DNA of 64,000 nt from Octopus sinensis (taxonomy: Eukaryota): assembly GCF_006345805.1 (NCBI RefSeq), contig NC_043003.1, forward strand, positions 21,948,001-22,012,000, in the 5' to 3' direction. The translations under genes were made by a program, and so were the position numbers. The notes beneath the pieces were generated by a model. It did no database searches. It was given only the letters and a program-made list of their open reading frames with translations, and was not told where the DNA came from. Positions 26,966 through 39,067 of this stretch are shown piece by piece. The first letter of the stretch is position 1. Each line of letters starts with the position of its first letter.

Positions 26966-28088
26966 TTATTATTATTATTTTGTTCAGTCTTAAATTATAG
27001 CTGTATAATTTATCTACTCATTTACTCTTCCATTGGTTTCAGTACTAGACTGTAGCCATCTTGGGGTTTCACTTTCAAAGGTCTTAGTTGATCATATTGG
27101 CCCCAGTACTTTATTTCAGCCTGGTATTTATTTTAACAACTTTTATTTACCAAAATGTTTGGTTACTGTTTATTACAAAGGAATGCAGCATCCGTAAACA
27201 AAAATGCTGACACAGACATATAGAGACATATATACAAACACATATGTACATACTGCCAGACTTCATTCTCAAGGTTTTTATTTTATTATTTCTTATTTTA
27301 CCATGCCAGGATGGATTGGATATTTCTGAAAATAGACATTCCCATACATTTTGGGACAGATCAATCAATAGATTATTAGTCAGTGTATTGAGGCTTTGGA
27401 ATAATAGTAGCTTAAACTAATTGATTTTTGCCCAATATGGTATGAAGCCTTGAGTTAGATTAAAGTACCTTTGCTAATACAATAACTTACGAAAGTAAAT
27501 CTAGTGAAAATTTTTATTCAGTGAATACAGACATAGTGATACTCTATATTATTTTGTTGCATTGCAGATCTGCAGAGAATGTGATTGGAAGTGTGTGTGT
27601 GTGTCTATGTGTGGTCTGTTTGTGATGTATGTGTGTATATGCATACATGTTTTTGCAATAACCTTTGCAAAGCAAAAATGATCAAACGGTCACTTGTATC
27701 TCTCCCTTCTGCTGTTGGAGCAAAACCTTAAAATATAGTTATATAGTATGTTACTAAATTGCTATTTTCTATTTAGACTTGCTTCCTATTCTTCAAACAA
27801 AATATATGCTATGACCAAATTTAACTCTAGGGATTTAAAAAAACATGCTAGATTGTTGTGAAACAGTAATTTTATTGAAATTTTTTTTATTGCTATAGTA
27901 GTCTGTTATGGAATGTAAAATACACATAAATGTTTATATGATTGCGAGAAAAATAATATATTATTTTGCTTTGTGTATTTGGTTTGCAAAATGCTTGATG
28001 TGAACTCATGTGTTGAAACATTTTGTTGCATCTCAGGAGGGTCATTCTATCAATAAACACACTCTCACACACACAGGTTCTGTTTTAC

Positions 28089-28335
28089 TTCTTTATTTTA
28101 TTTGTCATTTTGTTAACCATTTAACCAATTAACTAATCGATTGTTTGATTAATCATTCAGTCACTCAACCACCTGTCGTTTTGTTACCATTTGTAACTGC
28201 ATCACTGACATTGTGAATAGTGATGAAAGGACTCTAACAAATATAGCTGATTGATTGACCAAACAAATGATTACTCAAGCTATTGAGTAGTTAATAGGTT
28301 AAATGGTTAACCAATTGACAAATAAAAATAAAGAA
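28089..28335. mobile_element. AT-rich fold-back MITE-like element, arms about 65-70 bp
   Basis: ttctttattttatttgtcattttgttaaccatttaaccaattaacta pairs with tagttaataggttaaatggttaaccaattgacaaataaaaataaaagaa. Confidence 0.75.
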
Positions 28336-28339
28336 ATGT

Positions 28340-28550
28340 ATATTTGTGTGTCTGTGCTTGTCCCCCCAACATTGCTTGACAACCGATGCTGGTGTGTTTA
28401 CGTCCCCGTAACTTAGCGGTTCAGCAAAAGAGACGATAGAATAAGTACTAGGCTTACAATGAATAAGTCCGGGGGTCGTTTTGCTTGATTAAAGGCGGTG
28501 CTTCAGCATGGCCACAGTCAAATGACTGAAAAAGAGTAAAGAGTAAGAGT
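28340..28550 (+). mobile_element. 3' half of SINE family B
   Basis: cattgcttgacaaccgatgctggtgtgtttacgtccccgtaacttagcggttc..gcatggccacagtcaaatgactgaa matches 16330-16520. Confidence 0.85.
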
Positions 28551-29093
28551 AAATGAAATAGAACCTCTGTGTGTGGGTGTGGGTGCACGCTTATCATTGG
28601 CATAATGACCTCACCCTCTCAATACAACAAAATATATTACGTTTGTGGTTAATGATGAAGATGGTAACAAATATGAGGATTCAACCTATCCCAGTATAGA
28701 ATTTGGATATCAATTGATGATGATCATGATTCTCAGCTTTGGCATAAAGTCACTAATTTTGAGGTGGGATCCAGGTGGTTAAATTGACTTGAGTTCTTGA
28801 CTAGTATTTCATTGACTCTCCCAGAAGGATGAAAACAAAGTTCATTCAGCATGATTTGAACTCTTTACATAAGGGAATATAATCAAATATCTCCAGTAAA
28901 CTTTTCCATAATTCTGATCAATTCTGCCACTCATAATTTCTATAAGGAATCAGTAAAGGTAGTCATTTTTTTTTCTCTGTCACATTATATTACCAATATT
29001 TAGTTGACCAATCCCAGGGGCATGAGAATTTCTTAGATAATTACACACAGTCATCAAGGAATGTTTTTTTTTAACCTTTTAACAATGACAATC

Positions 29094-29332
29094 TTAACCC
29101 TTTTGTTACCATATTTCTGTTGACATATACTGCTTCTGTTTTAATTACTTTTAAAAACAAAGAAAATTTTGTGAGATAACTGTCATATAAGATCTAACAG
29201 AAAACTGGTATTTGAAACATAAATTAACACAAGATTGGATTTTGACAAACTGTTTTTAGATCACTTTCAAATTGGAAATTTGTACCACATAACCAGGGGT
29301 AGTCCCAGGTGGGTTGTTATCAAAAGGGTTAA
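29094..29332. mobile_element. piggyBac-like MITE (231 bp between TTAA sites)
   Basis: TTAA|CCCTTTTGTTACCA ... TGTTATCAAAAGGG|TTAA. TTAA duplication with CCC/GGG termini is the piggyBac signature. Confidence 0.8.
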
Positions 29333-30444
29333 GTCAGATACAAACTTACACACACACACACTTGTCTGTTGGCATCCTTAGTTGATTTTCTTTCTTAGCA
29401 GTGTTCCAACTCAATTCTAGTTTATGATATTGTTCATATGACGATATTACAGCACAGGTATTGAATGTCAGCATATCTTCATTGTGTTGTATGTAGTTCC
29501 CCAAAAGAAAAGTTTGATATGGCAACATGTAAAATAGTAATGATAGTAGTAATAATTTTTTAACCACTTTTCTAAATATATTAAAAATAAAACCTATTAT
29601 ATAATCATAGATTTGTTCTCGAAATATTCTTCTTGAATCAAATTCTTATTATAGTTTTTTTCTTTCTTTGCACTACTGTAGTGTTGTTGATAATGCAATA
29701 CTTAGTGCTCGAAATCACTGGAGAATAGGGTCCGAGTTTGAGTGATTCGTTCCAGTTTCTGGACCATTTGGTAAGCTACTTAACTCTCTCAAGCTTTTCA
29801 TACCTTTTGCATAAAGTTGATAACCCCCACCCTTCCCTTGTTCCACTGAGAAATGCTACATCATTAGTTGTTTGTTTTTTTAAAAAAAAGAAAAGAAAAT
29901 GCTAATATTCTTCTGTAGGAATTAATTTTCTGTAATCTTTTGACTCTTTTATTGGAGCATCACTTCAAGGCTTTTGTCTTCATAGAATGAAGCAAGTGAA
30001 AATCCACTAGATTTCTTTGAATTTTCTTTTCTCTTGATGCATGGGAAGATTTAAACCCAAAGCTAACAGACCATGTCAGTTTTACAGTAACCCCACCCAA
30101 ATACCCCTAACAGTGATGTGATATTCCTCTGAGGCATCAATGATTTTATCATGTAGCCAGCATTGATCATTCGTCATCATTTTCATCATTTAGTGTCCAC
30201 TTTTCCATGCTTGCATGGGTCAGACGGAATTTGTTAAAACAAATTTTCTATGGTCAGATGCCCATTCTATCACCAATCCATACCTTGTTTTCAAGCAGGG
30301 TATTGTTTTCCCATATCTAAACAGGTTTTTCATTGAAGACTGAAAACAAACAACCTCACTTGTATGATGATGATGATGCCCATTTACAACCATCACGTAA
30401 TGTCAAGACAAGAGGTACACACACTTATACATATATGTGTATAT

Positions 30445-30960
30445 ATGATGAGCTTTTTCAGTTTCCATCTACCAAATACACTTACAAGGCTTTGGTTGGC
30501 CTGGGGGCTATAGTAGAAGATACTTACCCAAGGTGCCATGCAGTGGGACTGAACCCAGGATTGCATGGTTGGGAAGGAAGCTTCTTGACCACACAGCTAC
30601 TCTCTGCTGAGTATGTTGCTTTAAGGATTTAGAATTATCTTTTATACTCGTTTCAGTCATTGGACTGTGGCCATGCTGGGGCACCTCTTTAAAAAGTGAA
30701 ATTGAACAGATCAACCCCAGTATTTATTTTTTAAGTCTTATACTTGTTTTATTGGTCTCACTGTTGAACTGTTAGGTTATGGAAACATAAACCAACACTG
30801 ATTGTCAAGCAGTGATGGTGGGGGAAAACACAGCACACACACGACCAGCATTTTAAAATTTCCATCTACCAAATCCACTCGCAAGGCTTTGGTTAGTTTG
30901 AGGCTGTAGTAGAAGAAACGTGCCCAAAATGCTACACAATGGGCCTGAATTCAGAACCAT
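30445..30960 (-). mobile_element. Adjacent degraded SINE family B copies
   Basis: ttccatctaccaaat..caaggctttggtt..gtagaaga occurs at about 30460 and 30860; 3' part at 30650-30810. Confidence 0.7.
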
Positions 30961-31598
30961 GTAAGGCTTTTTTTTTTAGTTGTTTTTTATTAAAATAAGT
31001 TAATAAAGTGATTGGAAAGCAAGATTTGGGTATATTCCTTGGCAAGTTTGGTAAATACATTATATCGCTAGCTTATATTTCCATGATTTTCTTTTGATCA
31101 AAGAAACCTGATAGTAATTCAAAATTAGCTTTTGTCTGAATTGTATGATCTGAAGAAATTGAAGTAATTTAGTTACCCAAAATAGAAAGTATATGCTGGT
31201 ATGGTTTTGTGGTTAAGAAGTTTGCCCCCCCCCCCAACACATGGTTTTAGGTTCAGTCCCACTCCCTGGCACCTTGAGCTTGTGTCTTCTACTATAGCCC
31301 TGGGCCAACCAAAATGTGAGTGGAATTGATAGACAAACTGATAGAAGCTTGTGTGTGTGTTTGTATCTCCATGTCTCAATATCATATGATAGTTATAAAT
31401 GAGTTCACTATTGTAGAAGCATTGTCATTAATTTTCTGTCTTCTCTGAAATCATGTCTTGCCATGGTGGAAATATTACCTTGTTTGGAAACAGGAAGGCC
31501 ACCTGGTCACTGAAAAATCTGCCTCAATAAACTCCATCCAACCCATACAAGCTTGCTCATTAAAAGTGGTCATTAAAACAATGATGATGCAAATGTAC

Positions 31599-31906
31599 CA
31601 AAGAACAACTTGACAAATGTCATGTGTCTAAAACAACTCGATGCAATAGATTCAGCAGCAGCTGTGGGAGGTAAAAGAGAAAGAACTGAAGAAATACTGT
31701 ATTATTTTTCATTCCTTATACATACTGTATTCAATAGTAAATTCTTATATGCAATATTCAAATTCTGGTGATACACTACCAACTGCATAATAATTGAGAC
31801 TCATATTATTTGGTTCCACATTAATCAGTATTGCTGTGTGCACATGCATGTGATAATTACCGATCAGATCAGAGATGTTTTCTTCAGGCCATGACTGGTT
31901 CTTCAT
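31599..31906 (-). CDS. Candidate two-exon fragment MKNQSWPEENISDLI|AAAESIASSCFRHMTFVKLFF (31861-31906 and 31599-31661)
   Basis: Donor gtaatt at 31860, strong acceptor ttctttctcttttacctcccacag at 31662, compatible phases. The second donor (gtacat) is weak; no homology recognised. Confidence 0.22.
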
Positions 31907-33404
31907 CTTTGCAGCAGCAGCAGCAGCAGCAACAACACACACACTCTTTCTGTCCCCCGCCCCTATCTCTTTCTCACAGAAATTTTATTGAAATGTAATT
32001 ATTGAATATTTTTAGACATGATTTAAAGGTTATTGTTTCAAATGCATTCTTGTCTCTAATTTGGCAAAGGTATGCATTAACTTGACTCACTCAGCTATCT
32101 TGTAGTTTGTTTGTACAATCAGTCTCTTCCTTTTTCATATTTTCCTTTTAGACTGATTTCTTTTATTTTGTTTAGTTTGATTTCACACTAAATCATTAAA
32201 ATAAAAGTGCATCAAATTCCCCAACACCATTTACAGGTTTGAAATAGTGTAACAGCTAAATAGGTATATTTTCTTTTTAAATAACCCAAATATACTAGAT
32301 TACCTATCAAAATACTAAGGAAATAATTTTGCCAAGGGTTTTATGTTTGGAACTAAAATTTATTCCTGAAAGCAGCTGTGAATTCTTCAAACTTTAATTA
32401 GTCGATTATGTTTTTTTCTTCTTCTCCCACCAATTCTAAAATCTATTTCATGGACTGTAATGTTTGTTCACATCTGTGTGTCATTCTGGAAAAAAAAGAA
32501 AATGTAACTCTGGGCAAATATATTTCTTTTCTTTTTTTTTTTAAAAGTTTAAAAAACGTGTTTTTAGGGTTACAGTTGCCAGAAATTAATCATGTGGATT
32601 GTAGTTGGAACAGAGGGCAGCTCCTTAAATTTCATTTCCAATAATGAATTTGTTTTTAAGCCAATAAGTTCCATTTGTATGTTCGGCATTTTCATGATTT
32701 TTTTTTGTGTGTTCATTTTGTGGAAATAGGTTTATAAATGCCAGTGTTCAAGGTCTCTTCTTTAGCAAAATCATGAAAACGACTTTCAAATGACTCTTGA
32801 AAACTTGATTTTTTTTATTTTCTTTAAAAAAAACAAATTAAAAAAACCCAGTTTTTTTGTTTGTAAAATTGCCATTTTCCTCAGTATATTCAATTTGATT
32901 TTTTTAAGTGTGAAAACTGGTTCAAATCCTCATTTTTTTTATTTGTTAAGTATTGAACAATCTTAAGTTCATTTTGATAGGCATAACCATATGGTTAAAG
33001 TTTTCTTTATAACCATGAGGTTTTGGGTTTGTTTGCATTGTATGGTACCATGGGTAGGTTTCTCCTGCTATGGTGTCAGACTGACCAATGCCTTCTGAAT
33101 GGAATTAATGGAAATTGTTAGACCCCTCTTTTGTGTGTAATATGTGTCTTGGTGTTGTTGAAGGGTTATGGGGAAATATTACCTTATTTGGAAACAGATA
33201 AGGGTTGGTTTGAGAAAGAGCACTCACCTGTAGAATATCTACCTCAATAAGTTTCACCTAATCCATGCTGGTGTGGAAAAGTGGGCATTAAAACAATGAT
33301 GATAATGATTAATGTATTTCTGTAAGGAATTTGTTGCTGTCTCAAATAGTCATTTGTTAGCATATAAAAGAGCTATTTTTTCTGGTACTTAATTTTTTTT
33401 CTCT

Positions 33405-34075
33405 TGTAGAAAATTATGAACAGCATTTTTCATTTTCAAAAGTCTGCTTAGAAATCCACCTCAATGGAGGACAAGGTTGCCATATTCCAAATCTAGTGTG
33501 TCACAATATTCTCTGAATTCTCATCTGTTTAATAAATGCTCTTGCTCTAATTTTAGCAATGCATTTCACAACCATTAACGTGTTGAAGTATTGCAAGTGT
33601 TTTCCACATGACTCTTGGTGTATGTAGGACAGTAATACTTTACTAGAGGACAGTCTAAAATGCTTTCAAGCAGAGTTGTAGCCCCAGTGACATAACAGAT
33701 CATTGACATAATTCCATCAGGTTTTCATTGAGGTGATTCAAGAGCGACAAATTGTTCAAAGACTCTGAAATTATTGATTCTTTTATAAAAACGTTCAACT
33801 GACCTATATCACACATGTTGATCAATTCATCCAAAGGTATAAGAAAATAAAGTGCAAACTTGTGCTAGGGCCTTTCATTTGTTCAAATAACTATGAATTC
33901 TTCAGCATGTTTTGTAACTTCTTCCTTTCACAGAGCAACTCACCTTCTTTTCTTTCAATATTTTATCACCAAGGCATCTTGCATATATTTAGAGATAAAA
34001 ACGAAACAATTTCTTCCCTATCAAAGAAAGGCTCCCATTTTGGAGGCAATAGCTAAAGCAATTTCATAAGACATC
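33405..34075 (-). pseudogene. hAT (Charlie/SPIN-like) transposase fossil
   Basis: Minus translations SYEIALAIA, LDELINMCDIGQL (cf. LDESTD), VVKCIAKIRARA and YCDTLDLEYGNLVLH occur in the expected order; many frameshifts. Confidence 0.75.
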
Positions 34076-34789
34076 TTTCATCACCAAAGTTTTTGCATTT
34101 TACAGCAAATATTTTTTGTCTTTTTTTGTTTTCTTCATTTTCCTCAACCGCATTTCTTTCCCCCATTCAAATCCCCAACACTAGCTTTAGTTTTCCTTCT
34201 ATTTTAGTCTGTTGTGTTGTGTCTATTATGTCTTCTATTATGTGAAAAGCTATTTTCACAAACAATGCACAGCAGGTTTTCCTGAAGGATCTGCTATAAA
34301 TAGAAGCTCCTTTCCCCACTATTCATTGAATTTACACTTAATATCACTTTCTGCTTTTCTTTTACTCATTCTTTTTTGTTTTTTTTTTTACTTTTTGCAC
34401 TGTGAAGTGTAAAATATAAAAAAAAGAACCAGGTTTAATTTACAAAAAAAAACCCCAATGAAAATGCAATAATATTCACAAAGGATGAACAAAGCCCAAC
34501 TCTAGTGTGGGAGCGTCAACTGTAAACTGACAGCAAAGACCATGATGGACAGGTGACACTAGCTGCTACCTTTGGATCAAGCATACATCAAATGTCTGTT
34601 GAACAAAAATGTGAAGAGTAGCATTTCTAATTCAGTGTAACACTTTTGGTGCATGCAAGATAGGTTGACCATCTTTGATAGATGTGATGTTCAGTTTGAA
34701 TATTTGTAAGTAAAAGTATGTATAGAGGGCAATGTGAGCAGAAATGCAAAATCAGTAAAAGTCATAAAGAAGTTGACAATCTCATTTAT

Positions 34790-35135
34790 CTTTTACTTGT
34801 TTTGGTCATTGGATTATGGCCATGTTGGGACATTGCAAATCTTTTTTTAAGGCCTGGCATTTATTCTATTGGGTGTTTTTTTTTTTTTTTTTTTTGCTGA
34901 ACTGTTAAGTTATAGAGATGTAGACATTTCAGCACTGGTTGTCAAGTGATGTTGGGGTGGGATGTAAACACAAAGACATACACACATTGGTGTGTGTGTG
35001 AGAGGCTTCTTTCAGTTTCTGTCAACCAAATCCACTCACAAGGCTTTGGTAGAAAACATTCACCCAAGGTACCATGCCAGGAACCTGACCAGGTAGTTGG
35101 GAGGCAAACTTCTTAACACAAAGCCATACCTGCAT
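34790..35135 (-). mobile_element. Degraded SINE family B copy
   Basis: aggcttctttcagtttctgtcaaccaaatccactcacaaggctttggt plus the 3' part at 34790-34960. Confidence 0.75.
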
Positions 35136-35460
35136 GTAGTTCAAAATAGGAATGTTACAGAAGTTTATTAAAAAAGAAAAATAGAAAAGAAAAAAATAAC
35201 AAAAACAAATTACCAATTAACTCTGATCATGTATCTGCATATGTATGCGTAAACCTGGGCAAGATGTTTTTGAGGAAAACTGGCAGTTGCCCATGTAAAT
35301 AAGTACTTTAAAAATTCCATGACTTGACATAAACTGCTGAGTTGCTGGACTTTTGTTTATATAGGGCATATCATTATTGTTGCTGTCTGACTGATGTTAG
35401 GTGTGGAAACATGTAGAGACTAGCACACACAGGTGTGTGCATACAAGCATACACACATGC

Positions 35461-35509
<49 letters not shown>

Positions 35510-38076
35510 GTGGCTTTTCAATAGTTTTTGTTGACCAAACCCACAAGGTATTGCTCAAGTTGAAGCTCAAACAGACACTTGCCCAAGGTGTGATGCAGTT
35601 GGATAGGACCTGAAACCACATGGTTGTGAAGCAACACAAACTTAACCATACAGGTATGCTTGTGCCTGTCTCTAAAGATTCTTTTAACTGGTTTGTGCAG
35701 ATGTTAGGAGGGCAATTTTCACAGATAATCTCTGTTTGGTGAATAAGTGCGATAAAATTATTAAGTTAGACTTAAGTTATAATAGTGGGACTTAAGACCT
35801 TTTAATTCCTGTCTTAAGCTCTTTGGCTAATTTTGCCATTTTAGTTGCTTAGAAGAGCCCTCATGATCAAGACTTAAAGAGTTATAAAAATCCTTTAAAA
35901 AAAACAACTTAGGGATAAAAAAATCCTCCCATTTTCTAATTTGTTGAATCAAGAAGAAATGAGATTTTGTGAAGCAAGCAAATTATCACAAATCAAATAG
36001 GAAAATTTGTGTGTGTGTGTGTGCATGCATGTTTACAGATCTTTGTCATATAGATTAGCTGCTAATGGAAGTATTTCAAGTCTGTCTAGTAATCTATGTC
36101 AAAGCCTACACATTCTTGTGAACCCATTAACATTTTATCCTTTATTTGTAGTATATAGCTTTAGAGATTTTAATTTCAAATTTATTAAATGGCTATTACA
36201 CATGATCTAATTAAAGTAGAGGTTTTGTAGTTTTGTCTCAGCTGTTTTTCAGTAAGTTGTCTTATCAGTTCTTGTTTAAATGAGTTTTTAAACAAACCCA
36301 GAAAATTACACAGAACATCTAATCACTGCTGTTATCTTTACCAGCAACATCTTTAGTGTTCATTTTCAGCATTTTTCTGAGACTATACTTTATGCTTTCC
36401 AACAAATTACTTGTGTGTGCATTCATGTACATGCATGCACAGGTGTGCATGTACACACAGACACACACACCCTTTTAGCATGCTTAGGTATATCATGGTG
36501 CCATATGAGTTTTTCTCCCTGTAGCTGTGGGTACATTGTGTTGCATTGAGAGGGGAGAAAACTTCTGTGGCAACATGATGGGTTTGCAGTGTAATAGGTA
36601 GGGGCTCTCTATTTGTCAATGTTAACCATGCTATTGCATATATATATATGTGCAGGCCTAGGTATGATTTTCTTATGGAAGTCAAGCACTTCTCTAGGCA
36701 TACAAGCTTCTCCTCTCTACATATCTTATACTTATCCAAAGGAAAGGTTCCCAATTTTGGCTGACACTGCTGTCAGAATGCAAAGAGTTGAAATAGCTAT
36801 TAAAAGGCATCTTACTTAAGCTCTGAATTCCCTATGGAGCATAAGCCAACTTGCTCTACTGTTCTCAACTTGAGGCTTCATTTTGAATTGGTATTGATGC
36901 TTCTGTGACTTTACTTTTTTTCTAGATAGGAGTGTTAGCCCTGTGCAAATCCATTTCTACCTCTAGAAGAAGTCCATATTAGACTGGTCTCTAGTCTTTG
37001 ACCTATTGACCTATCTAGCATGAGGTGGTGGAGTGACCTACCTGGAGCTTGTGCTGTGCTAATATAGGTCACAGGGTTGACGAGGCACACAAACCACCAC
37101 ATCACAAGAACTGGACCTTGTAGTGGACAAGGCATCTTGCCCAACCCTTCTACTGCTCCACCAATTTAATGCCCCAGATTGGTAATATTTCATCAACTCT
37201 GAAAGGATGAAAAGCAAAAGTTGACCTCAGAGGAATTTCAGATAGTTATCTTTTTTATTTTTATTTATGTATATTTTTTTTTACTTGTTTCTGACTTTGA
37301 ACTGCAGTCATGCTGGGGCACTGTCTGTCTTCAAGGGTTTAATTAAACAAATAGACCTCTGTACAAACGTATTGTCTGGTTTGGGAACAAATACCAGCAG
37401 GTATTTTTTCCAGCACTCTTAATGATTTTACTAATTTGTTGCTAGTAAAATTGTTGTAAAATACCATAATATAAATTAAAAGCAGAAGTATTGCTATTTT
37501 GATGTTTATTTCAATGTCTGAAAAAAGAAAAAGAGGAAAATGGAAAATATGTTAGGCATTCATGGTATAAATTAAGCTTGAAAATGTAAATATTAACTAA
37601 CAGAGTAATTATTTCAATTAGAGCTTATATAACATCTGAGAGATACAACAACAACAACAAAAAAAATCCAATTTTAAATCTTTTGAACACTGAAAAAAAT
37701 TGGTCAAGTAGACACATTTGAGTTAGGATTTAGTTTACTGAAAGCATTGGCTGTTAAGAAAGAATTTTGTCTACCAATGAGATTTTGTTTAGTAAATACT
37801 TAAAAACTACTACTGAAGTAATTGATTTGCACTTAAAGGTTTTACTTTGAGGTTGGCACTTTTGACTTCTGCTTTAATAACTATGCATCTTAAAATAGAG
37901 GTAAGTCAGCGACCCAGTTTTAGATGTCTTAGTTGTAGAAGTCCTTTCATTCCACTTGCACCACTAGTGTTCTTGAGAAAGATATTACACAAATACCTCA
38001 TTTTCTTCCCTTGTAACATCTCTGGCCTTATATTTATATAGAAAGAAAGCAAAAAATATGTCCTGTCAAATGTGCT

Positions 38077-38135
<59 letters not shown>

Positions 38136-38198
38136 TGTTACATTCGACCTTTGTGTATATTGGGAGAAGGAGGCTGATATAAGTTAAAATAAGTAGTA

Positions 38199-39067
38199 TA
38201 CGAGCTCTGATCAGTAAGAATCCAGACTGTTGCCATAGTAATGAAGCTAAAGCATGCAGAATGAAGACACTTGGCACAGATTGACTTTGAATTATACTGT
38301 GCATGCGTATGAAGTTCTAACGTTCTAACTCACATCCGCTGTTTATGGCAGTATTTGGAGGGAAGGTGTGTAGTGTGTGACCGTTACATTGACTATAACA
38401 GAAAGTTGAACAGAGAATCTGCATCAAATTTTGCCAAAAGCTTGGCGATACATGTTCAGAGGGCTACATAAAGTTTTCAAAAGTTTTCATTGTTCTCAAC
38501 ACAAAGAGATCTTGTGCAACTGAAACCCATGTGTCCTTTTGGTCAGCTGAAAGCAGTTTTGGCACAAAGTTGGCAGACACACATCTCACACCCAAATCTT
38601 CAGTGATAATGGGCTGAAGTGAACCATAACTAATCTGTACATCCTCTGATAATTCACAGATGATGATTTGACAATTTCCTCTCACTGCTGCATGCACATC
38701 TGCGATATTTTTCTCAGTTCTGCTGGTTGTAGGTCTCCCAGAACGTTTGTCAATATCGACATTTTTCGGCCATCTTGGAAACGTCTGAGCCACTCATACA
38801 CATGTATGTGGCTCATACACTCCTCTCCATACATTTCTGCATCTTTGCATAGGCCCCTGAGCCGGTATCTTCATGACAACTTTCTCTGTTGTGATCAATG
38901 TGACAATCACATGCTACACACCTTCCTTCCAAGCACTGCTATAAACAGCAGAAGTGAGCCAGAACATTAAAAGTTAGTGTGCCAAACTATGCTAAGCGGC
39001 TTCACTCTGCCTGCTTTAGCTTCGTTACTATGGCAACAGTCTGGATACTTATTGATTAGACGTCGTA
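38199..39067. mobile_element. Mariner derivative built from two inverted 5' ends, TA-flanked
   Basis: TA|CGAGCTCTGATCAGTAAGAATCCAGACTGTTGCCATAG and its reverse complement ending GACGTCG|TA. + arm reads EQRICIKFCQKLGDT; - arm reads YEWLRRFQDG, SGRPTTS and VSANFVPKLLS. Confidence 0.9.
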
